Of a stretch of 32,000 bases of DNA, positions 25,229 to 32,000 are shown in pieces (positions within the stretch are counted from its first letter, which is position 1; each line of letters begins with the position of its first letter). The DNA lies in NCBI GenBank assembly GCA_964586355.1, contig CAZPGO010000030.1:30001-62000 (forward strand), read 5' to 3'. The position numbers and the translations under genes were made by a program. The notes below the pieces were generated by a model. The model made no database searches. It saw only the letters and a program-made list of their open reading frames with translations, and had not been told where the DNA came from. This stretch comes from an uncultured archaeon. GTDB lineage: Archaea; Iainarchaeota; Iainarchaeia; Iainarchaeales; CSSED10-239.

Positions 25229-26410
25229 ATGATTTTATTACTTCAAATAATATTAGGTGTTTTCTTAGGGGTGTTGTTTGGTTTTATACCTTCTCTTCAT
25301 ATTAATGTTATTGGTTATCTTATTTTATTAATTGGATTTTTTAGTAACCAATTTGATTTTTTATTCTTTTTAGCTTTTTCCATAGCTCAGTTAATTACTT
25401 CTATTATTCCTGCTATTGTTTTTGGAGTTCCAACAGATGAAACCATAAATACATTATTTCCTGGACAGCGAATGTTTCTTTTAGGTAAAGCTAAACAAGC
25501 AATTTACCTTTGTTTTATTGGTTATTTTTTAGGTGTTTTTTTTGCAATTCTTATTTTGCCTATTTTATATTTGTTGTTCTCTTTATTATCCTCTTTTTAT
25601 ATTTTAATTGTTTTTGTGATCTTATTTATTTTGTTTTTGTTTATTTATGAGCAAAAGTTTCTTTTTGATAAAATAATTGTTTTGATAATGATCTTGTTTT
25701 CAGGGGTTCTAGGCATATTTACTTTAAGCTATAATTATTTTTTTACAGAGCCTATTTTTGTGTGTGTTTTTGGTTTGTTTGGTGCACCTACTTTGATATT
25801 TTCTTTATTTTCAAACAAAAAAGTTTTTCAAAAAACAGAGATTCAATATTTAAACTTAAAAAACTCAATTTCAACTTCTTTTTTAGGAGCCCTCTCTTCA
25901 GTATTAGTTATTTTAATTCCTTCTTTAAGTTCTGCTCAATCTGGACTAATAATTTCCAAAATTAAAAAGAAATTAACTTCTCAAGAGTATCTAATATTGT
26001 TTTCAAGTATTTCTATAAGCACTCTTATTTTTTCTTTTTTTCTTTCTATCTTTTTCCGTAAATCTAGGTTAGGTTTTATTTCTTTATTACTTTCTAATAA
26101 GATCGTAGTTCCTTCTATAAATATTTTTTTATTTATCACAACAATCCTTTTTGCAACGATTTTTAGTATTTTAATATTGGTTTTGCTTTTAGATTCTTTT
26201 TTAAAATTTGTAAATAAAGTTAATCAAGTTGTTATAAATTTAACCATTTTGATTTTTTCTATACTCTTGATACTTTTAATATCTGGTCCAACAGCTTTAT
26301 TTTTATTATTTCTCAGCGCCTCTATTGGTTTTTTGCCTTTGTTATTTAATAAGCCTAGGGTTGTTTTAATGAGTTATATTATGTTTCCAACTTTGCTTTA
26401 TTTTATATAA
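25229..26410 (+). CDS. Polytopic membrane protein/permease (possibly DUF112/TctA-like)
   Basis: The 393-aa ORF has at least 10 hydrophobic segments. The N-terminal GVLFGFIPSLHINV resembles the G-x-PG-hH-x-N start of archaeal DUF112 proteins. The family call is tentative. Confidence 0.5.
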   Translation: MILLLQIILGVFLGVLFGFIPSLHINVIGYLILLIGFFSNQFDFLFFLAFSIAQLITSIIPAIVFGVPTDETINTLFPGQRMFLLGKAKQAIYLCFIGYFLGVFFAILILPILYLLFSLLSSFYILIVFVILFILFLFIYEQKFLFDKIIVLIMILFSGVLGIFTLSYNYFFTEPIFVCVFGLFGAPTLIFSLFSNKKVFQKTEIQYLNLKNSISTSFLGALSSVLVILIPSLSSAQSGLIISKIKKKLTSQEYLILFSSISISTLIFSFFLSIFFRKSRLGFISLLLSNKIVVPSINIFLFITTILFATIFSILILVLLLDSFLKFVNKVNQVVINLTILIFSILLILLISGPTALFLLFLSASIGFLPLLFNKPRVVLMSYIMFPTLLYFI

Positions 26411-26432
26411 CCATATATTACATATATTCTTT

Positions 26433-26795
26433 ATGACTTGGAAGATAAAAAAAGAAGTTTTAGCATCTATTTTAGAATTTAGTAAAGCAAGTTATCCTAA
26501 TGAGTTTTCTGGGCTTTTAATTGGAGAAGAGAATTTAATAACTGATATATATATTTTACCAGCTACACAAAATTACGCTCATTCTTCGGTTTTAAGATTA
26601 GATCTTGCCCCCCTAAGCACATCAATTATTGGTTCTGTGCATTCACACCCCATAAGATCTGGTAAACCTTCTTCTGCTGATTTAAAGTTTTTTTCTTCTA
26701 AAAAAATAAATATTATTTCCTATTATCCTTTTGATTTTAGTTCTTTTTCTGTTTATGATAGTTTTGGAAAAGAAGTTTTTTTAGAGGTTTTTTAG
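26433..26795 (+). CDS. Minimal JAB1/MPN/JAMM metalloprotease domain protein (120 aa)
   Basis: A complete JAMM motif is present: GSVHSHPIRSGKPSSADL (HxHx7Sx2D), plus the upstream Glu (PNEFSGLLIG). Confidence 0.8.
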   Translation: MTWKIKKEVLASILEFSKASYPNEFSGLLIGEENLITDIYILPATQNYAHSSVLRLDLAPLSTSIIGSVHSHPIRSGKPSSADLKFFSSKKINIISYYPFDFSSFSVYDSFGKEVFLEVF

Positions 26796-26938
26796 TGAAA
26801 TTTCTCTAAATTTTGCAAAGTTTTATAAACCTTACAGCAAAAAGAATTTATTAATTTTGGTCTCTATCTTTATTATAGTTGAATTTTTAAAATAATTTTT
26901 ATTTTTCGATTTTAGATAAGATTTATGGTTAGATATTT

Positions 26939-27601
26939 ATGAGTATGGATAATTTAGAAAACAGCAAAGATCAAAACAAAGAAGATCAAGATAAAAAAAA
27001 CACAGATCAAAATGATCAAGACATAAACACATCAGAAGAATTTTTAAAAAAAAATCTAATTAAAGAAACTAAGCATAACAAAGGTTCTCAAAATAAGGAA
27101 AACATTTCAAAAGAGCAAGCGACAGAGATAAAATCAGAAATAGATCTAATAAAGCATAAGTTAAATGAACAAAATAAGTTGTCTGATGAGTATTTAGATC
27201 TATTACAAAGAAGCCAAGCAAATTTTATTAACTACAAAAACAGAGTTGAAAAAGAAACTAAGGATCTGTTATTTATTGAACAGAAAAAAATAATTAGTAG
27301 TTTTTTAGATTTTAAAGAGACTTTAAAAAAAGCTTATGAACATGAATATGATTCAAAAAACAAAGAAAATATTTTACAATTGATTAATAACTATGATATA
27401 ATTTTAAAAAGATTAAGTGTTGAAAAAATGGAGCTCTTAAACAAAGAGTTTGACTATAATTATCACGAGTGTGTTTTTAAAAAAGAAACAGAAAAAGAGA
27501 ATCATAATAAGATTATAGAAATTATAGAAGATGGTTATTTATTAAATAACAGATTATTAAAACCAGCAAAAGTAGTTGTTGGAAATTATATAAAAAAATG
27601 A
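26939..27601 (+). CDS. grpE: Nucleotide exchange factor GrpE, with an N-terminal low-complexity extension
   Basis: The coiled-coil plus the [14 protein letters not shown] motif is typical of GrpE. The gene sits immediately upstream of dnaK. Confidence 0.8.
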   Translation: MSMDNLENSKDQNKEDQDKKNTDQNDQDINTSEEFLKKNLIKETKHNKGSQNKENISKEQATEIKSEIDLIKHKLNEQNKLSDEYLDLLQRSQANFINYKNRVEKETKDLLFIEQKKIISSFLDFKETLKKAYEHEYDSKNKENILQLINNYDIILKRLSVEKMELLNKEFDYNYHECVFKKETEKENHNKIIEIIEDGYLLNNRLLKPAKVVVGNYIKK

Positions 27602-27617
27602 TTTTGGAGGAAAAATT

Positions 27618-29441
27618 ATGACAAAAGTAATTGGAATAGATTTAGGTACAACAAATTCAGCAGTTGCTGTAATAGAAGGTGCAGCACCAAAGATTGTTAT
27701 TAATTCAGAAGGTGCAAGAACAACTCCCTCAGTAATTGCATATTCAAATGATCAGGTTATTGTTGGTACTCTTGCAAAAAGACAATCAGTAGTTAATCCA
27801 GAGAATACTATTTATTCAGTAAAAAGAAAAATGGGTACAAACGAAACAATTAAATTTCATGGAAAAGATAAAACCCCTGAGCAGATCTCTGCAATGATAT
27901 TACAAAAGCTAAAAAAAGATGCTGAAGAACAATTAGGTGAAAAAATAACAAAAGCTGTTATTACTGTTCCTGCATATTTTTCAGACTCTCAAAGAAAAGC
28001 AACAAAGGCTGCTGGAGAGATTGCGGGTTTAGATGTTTTAAGAATAATTAATGAACCAACTGCAGCAGCACTAGCATATGGTTTAGATAAGAAACACACA
28101 CATAATGTTCTAATCTTTGATTTTGGTGGTGGAACTTTTGATGTTTCTATCTTAGAGTTAGATGATGGTGTGTTTGAAGTAAAGTCAACTGCTGGAGATA
28201 ATCAGTTGGGTGGAGATGATATTGATCAAAAGATTATTGATTATTTAGTAAAAGAGTTTAAACAAAAGGAAGGCATAGATCTAACAAAAGATAAAATGGC
28301 TATGCAAAGATTAAAAGATGAAGCCGAAAAAACAAAAATAGAGTTATCATCAACAGTAAAAGCAACAATCAATGTTCCATATATAACTGCAACTCCAGAA
28401 GGTCCAAAGCACTTAAACATAGAACTAACTAGAGCGAAATTTGAGGAAATTTGTGCTGATGTTTTTAAAAAGTTAGAAGCTCCACTAAATCAAGCAATTA
28501 AGGATTCAAAACTAAGTTTATCTGAAATAAGTGAAGTTATCTTAGTTGGAGGGTCTACAAGGATTCCTAAAGTAGTTGAGCTTGTGGAAAAAATCACAGG
28601 TAAGAAAGCAAACAAAAGTATTAATCCTGATGAAGTTGTGGCTTTGGGTGCTGCTGTTCAAGGAGCTGTATTAATAGGGGATGTTAAAGATGTTTTATTA
28701 TTAGATGTTACTCCTTTGTCCTTAGGTATTGAAACCTTAGGAGGTGTTTTTACAAAACTGATTGAAAGAAACACAACAATCCCTACAAAAAGATCTCAAG
28801 TATTTTCAACAGCATCAGATAATCAACCCTCAGTAGATATTCATGTGTTGCAAGGGGAAAGACCAATGGCCAGAGACAATCTGACACTTGGTAATTTTCA
28901 ATTAGCAGGTATTCCTCCAGCACCAAGGGGTGTTCCACAAATAGAGGTTACTTTTGATATTGATTCTAATGGAATAATAAATGTTTCTGCAAAAGATCTT
29001 GCAACAAATAAATCCCAAGCAATAAAAATAACTTCTGCCTCTTTATCTAAAGATGATATTGAAAAAATGAAAAAAGAAGCTCAAGAGCATGAAGAAGAAG
29101 ATAAAAAAATCAGGGAAAAAATAGAGGTTAAAAACAAAGCAGAGACTTTAGTTTATTCTGTTGATTCTTTATTATCTGAAAATAAAGATAAGTTAGAGTC
29201 AAGTGATGTTGATGAAATAACAAAGCTAAAAGACGAGCTTAAAGAATCTTTAGAAAAAGAAAAAGATGATATAAGTCAAAAAACAGAGGCTTTACAGAAA
29301 AAAGTTTATGAGGTTTCTCAAAAACTATATCAAACAGCAAATAAAGCTTCTCAAGAAAACAATTCTAAGGAATCTACAGAAGACCCAAAATCTTCTGACG
29401 ATTCTAAAACAGTTGATGCTGATTACACAGTAGACAAATAA
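27618..29441 (+). CDS. dnaK: Hsp70 chaperone DnaK
   Basis: Diagnostic motifs are [39 protein letters not shown] and [19 protein letters not shown] precedes the gene. Confidence 0.97.
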   Translation: MTKVIGIDLGTTNSAVAVIEGAAPKIVINSEGARTTPSVIAYSNDQVIVGTLAKRQSVVNPENTIYSVKRKMGTNETIKFHGKDKTPEQISAMILQKLKKDAEEQLGEKITKAVITVPAYFSDSQRKATKAAGEIAGLDVLRIINEPTAAALAYGLDKKHTHNVLIFDFGGGTFDVSILELDDGVFEVKSTAGDNQLGGDDIDQKIIDYLVKEFKQKEGIDLTKDKMAMQRLKDEAEKTKIELSSTVKATINVPYITATPEGPKHLNIELTRAKFEEICADVFKKLEAPLNQAIKDSKLSLSEISEVILVGGSTRIPKVVELVEKITGKKANKSINPDEVVALGAAVQGAVLIGDVKDVLLLDVTPLSLGIETLGGVFTKLIERNTTIPTKRSQVFSTASDNQPSVDIHVLQGERPMARDNLTLGNFQLAGIPPAPRGVPQIEVTFDIDSNGIINVSAKDLATNKSQAIKITSASLSKDDIEKMKKEAQEHEEEDKKIREKIEVKNKAETLVYSVDSLLSENKDKLESSDVDEITKLKDELKESLEKEKDDISQKTEALQKKVYEVSQKLYQTANKASQENNSKESTEDPKSSDDSKTVDADYTVDK

Positions 29442-29454
29442 AAGGTAAAAGATC

Positions 29455-30567
29455 ATGGCTAAAGATTATTATGATATTTTAGGTGTTAGTAAAGGTTCTT
29501 CAAAAGAAGAAATAAAATCAGCATATAAAAAACTAGCAAAAAAATATCATCCTGATGTTAATAAAGAAGAGGATTCTGAAGAGAAACTTAAAGAAATTAC
29601 TCAAGCCTATTCAATTTTAAGTGATGATCAAAAAAGAGCACAGTATGATAGGTTTGGTGCAGATGCTTCTAATTATGGTTCCTCAGGATTTTCTAGCCGT
29701 GGATTTTCTTTTGATTTTTCTGATCTCTTTTCTGATTTTGACACAGATTTTTTTTCAAATTTTGGTGGGTTTAGAAGTTCCAAACGAGATGAGTGGCAAA
29801 ACCTAGATATAAAGACCAGAATAGATCTTGATTTTATTAGTGCTGCAAAAGGAACAAAGAAAACAATTAATTTAACCAAAGAAGTTATTTGTGATTTTTG
29901 TAATGGTACTGGTTCAAAAAGTGGAAAAAAAACAACCTGCCCAGAATGTGGGGGTAGAGGCAGCACAGTAACTAGAAAGCAAACCCCCTTTGGATTATTT
30001 GCTGTTCAACAAACCTGTCAGAGATGTCATGGAACAGGAAAAATTATTACTGATGAGTGTAAGAAGTGTTCTGGAAAAGGTTATGTAAAGCAAACCTCAA
30101 CAATTAGTGTGGATATTCCTTCAGGTATTAATAATGGTGATTATCTAAGATTAAGGAATCAAGGAAATGAGAGAGTAGATAAGAAGGGCGATTTGTTTAT
30201 ATTAATTAGTGTAGCAAATCACGAGTTTTTTAAAAGAAGTGGAGCAGATCTATATTGTGAAGTTCCTTTAACATATTCTGATTTGGTTTTAGGTACAAAA
30301 ATAACCATTAAAGGAATACAAGACACTATTAACTTAAAAGTACCTTCTGAGACAACCCCAGGAACCCTTTTTAATGTAAGAGGTAAGGGTTTATCAGATC
30401 CAAATAAAAGAGGAGTTCATGGATCTTTGTTTGTTAAGGTTACTTTGGCTATGCCTACTAATGTTAATAAGGATTATAAAGAGTTTTTATCTAAAATAAA
30501 TTCTATTGATGATAAATATACTAAGAAAAAAATACAACAAAAATTAAAAGAATATGTTTCTGTTTAA
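29455..30567 (+). CDS. dnaJ: Hsp40 co-chaperone DnaJ (type I)
   Basis: The J domain has the HPD motif (KKYHPDVNK). A G/F-rich region follows. There are four CxxCxGxG repeats (CDFCNGTG, CPECGGRG, CQRCHGTG, CKKCSGKG). Confidence 0.95.
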   Translation: MAKDYYDILGVSKGSSKEEIKSAYKKLAKKYHPDVNKEEDSEEKLKEITQAYSILSDDQKRAQYDRFGADASNYGSSGFSSRGFSFDFSDLFSDFDTDFFSNFGGFRSSKRDEWQNLDIKTRIDLDFISAAKGTKKTINLTKEVICDFCNGTGSKSGKKTTCPECGGRGSTVTRKQTPFGLFAVQQTCQRCHGTGKIITDECKKCSGKGYVKQTSTISVDIPSGINNGDYLRLRNQGNERVDKKGDLFILISVANHEFFKRSGADLYCEVPLTYSDLVLGTKITIKGIQDTINLKVPSETTPGTLFNVRGKGLSDPNKRGVHGSLFVKVTLAMPTNVNKDYKEFLSKINSIDDKYTKKKIQQKLKEYVSV

Positions 30568-32000
30568 AAAAAGTCTGATAAAGATCTTTGTTTTTTTTCT
30601 TCTTTATCTAAAAATAGACTGTCAATTTCTTCTTCACAAAGATTTATTCTTTGTAGTAGGTATGGTTTTAGATCGTACTCAATAATTATTTTTTTAGCTA
30701 TTTCTAGATATTTTTTAATAGATCCTTTTGCAATTGTTAGTATAATGTTTCCTCCACAAGAGCAGGTTCCTGATAGAGGTATTCTTCTAAATTTTGCATT
30801 ACATTTTACGCATCTTAATTTTTGTCTGGAAAAAGCTCTAGTGTTTCCAATAATATCTGGAAATAAATGATAATGTAGTAATCTTTCTAGGGCGTCTTTT
30901 TGATCAACAGCAATAAGTCTTTCTTGAAGTTTTGCTTGTTTTAGAACTTTATCGCTCATTGCTTTTATGGTAATATATGCACTTTGCTTTGGTCCTTCAT
31001 CAAAGGAATTGGTATCATGTGTGAATTTTATGGAGTTGTATTGGTCTTTTGTTCCAAGTAATTTTCTAGCACTAATAATCCCTGGTATTTTGTCCGGATC
31101 TCCAAAGTTTTTGGCCATCTCGTAAAACTCGTAAGGATAACTGGTATTTGTTTCTATCTCGTGAGACTCATCATCAATCTCATAAGGGCTTAGGGTTGTT
31201 GTAAAAGCTATTGGTGCATCCATTCTACCGCCCCTACCAACACTTAGATAACTTTGAGAAAAGTTAAGTAGCCCATCTAATAGTAAAAGCATAGAATCCT
31301 GATCCCCATCAACATTTCTTCTTTTTGCAGTAATATAATAAGGATGTCCCCAACAAAGTTTTGCTTTAGAAAAACCAATGATTCTTCCAACAATTCCTGC
31401 TGATGTGTGTGGTGCAAGTCCAATTACATATTGTCCAATCAGGTCTTCTCTTGTTTTTGCATTATAATATTTATTTAACCCATAGAATTTTTCTAAAAGA
31501 TCATCAATAAACCAACTAACTCTTAAAAAATATTCTCCACAGTTTTCATCAACAATAATATCTTGTGGAAATATAGATGCTCTTTGGTTTTCGTCTTTTA
31601 GTTCTTTATCAAGATAATCTTTTTTATAACCTAATTCTTTAAATTTATCTAAAGACAAGTTAAGTTCTTTTGCTGACACTTGAGAGATGGTTGCATTTAG
31701 TGCTTCATATCTACAGGTGCCATCTCTAAAAACATATACTTCATGTTTTGCTCTAAGAATTCCTTTTTCTAATGGTTCTGCTATTCTTTTTGAGCTTACA
31801 AGTCCTTTTACTCCTTTTAGTGTTTGAGGTATTCCTACTTTTAGGTTTTTACTTGCTCTTTCTATTAATGAATCTAAATTTATTTTGTGATTAGTTTCAG
31901 GAATAGTTTCCTCTTTACAAACCGGACAGACTTTTTCAAAAGTTTTTTTGCCGCATTTTGCGCAGCTTCTCATCTCATTTGCTTCTAACTGACATTCAAA
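30564..32000 (-). CDS. polC: DNA polymerase II (PolD) large subunit DP2, C-terminal portion. The ORF continues past the right edge.
   Basis: DP2 motifs are RRNVDGDQDSMLLLLDGLLNFSQSYLSVGRGGRMDAPIAF and the C-terminal Zn module RCVKCNAKFRRIPLSGTCSCGGNIILT. The frame stays open upstream of the M at 31973 (…FECQLEANEMRSC…). Confidence 0.85.
   Translation of the reverse strand, partial: FECQLEANEMRSCAKCGKKTFEKVCPVCKEETIPETNHKINLDSLIERASKNLKVGIPQTLKGVKGLVSSKRIAEPLEKGILRAKHEVYVFRDGTCRYEALNATISQVSAKELNLSLDKFKELGYKKDYLDKELKDENQRASIFPQDIIVDENCGEYFLRVSWFIDDLLEKFYGLNKYYNAKTREDLIGQYVIGLAPHTSAGIVGRIIGFSKAKLCWGHPYYITAKRRNVDGDQDSMLLLLDGLLNFSQSYLSVGRGGRMDAPIAFTTTLSPYEIDDESHEIETNTSYPYEFYEMAKNFGDPDKIPGIISARKLLGTKDQYNSIKFTHDTNSFDEGPKQSAYITIKAMSDKVLKQAKLQERLIAVDQKDALERLLHYHLFPDIIGNTRAFSRQKLRCVKCNAKFRRIPLSGTCSCGGNIILTIAKGSIKKYLEIAKKIIIEYDLKPYLLQRINLCEEEIDSLFLDKEEKKQRSLSDFF
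30567..30590 (-). other. C-terminal PCNA-interacting peptide (PIP box) of DP2
   Basis: The last eight codons encode QRSLSDFF, which matches the canonical Qxx(L/I/M)xxFF at the extreme C-terminus. Confidence 0.6.

Noticed and set aside
26796-26938. A search for a heat-shock operator (CIRCE-like inverted repeat) upstream of grpE-dnaK-dnaJ.
   Set aside because: Only an 8-bp palindrome (tttgcaaa) and TATA-like runs are present. Nothing resembles TTAGCACTC-N9-GAGTGCTAA.
1-32000. CRISPR arrays, tRNA/rRNA or other structured RNA genes, IS elements and inteins in nrdD, rfcS or polD.
   Set aside because: There are no regularly spaced direct repeats and no GC-rich islands in intergenic regions, where structured RNAs would stand out against this AT-rich background. 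No transposase-like ORFs are present. The conserved motifs of NrdD, RFC and DP2 are contiguous without intein-sized insertions.

Overview
The window is a visibly AT-rich archaeal chromosome segment (I estimate about 30% GC by eye, not computed). The gene set is unmistakably archaeal: CDC48/VCP, RFC small subunit, PolD large subunit DP2, an Lrp/AsnC regulator and a type IA topoisomerase. Small tightly packed genes, lysine-rich tails and a bacterial-type grpE-dnaK-dnaJ block make it look like a reduced DPANN-type genome. From left to right the content is: (1) a truncated tyrosine recombinase; (2) an anaerobic ribonucleotide reductase locus (nrdD, a separate glycyl-radical mini-ORF, nrdG, and a long RNR-fold paralog that has lost every catalytic motif); (3) a minus-strand housekeeping block (cdc48, nitrilase-family hydrolase, topA, lrp, MiaB-like methylthiotransferase, two membrane proteins); (4) rfcS fused transcriptionally to a roughly 9 kb Epd/Tad-like type IV pilus locus with an ATPase, two separate T2SSF platform genes, eight proteins carrying Q(+1)/E(+5) class III signal peptides, and an enlarged prepilin peptidase; (5) a membrane module containing a basic-tailed membrane protein, a membrane-anchored OB-fold protein and a polytopic permease; (6) a minimal JAMM protein, grpE-dnaK-dnaJ and the 3' part of PolD DP2. 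I saw no rRNA, tRNA, CRISPR array or obvious transposon. The most interesting signals are three. First, four tandem pilin paralogs have near-identical ends and a hypervariable FN3-like core. Second, the nrd locus is unusual: nrdD lacks a usable start for its ATP-cone, an in-frame TAA-ATG split detaches the glycyl-radical loop, and a catalytically dead RNR homolog follows. Third, a possible nucleic-acid-binding membrane module sits directly behind the pilus genes. All functional calls come from motif reading by eye. No database search was possible.
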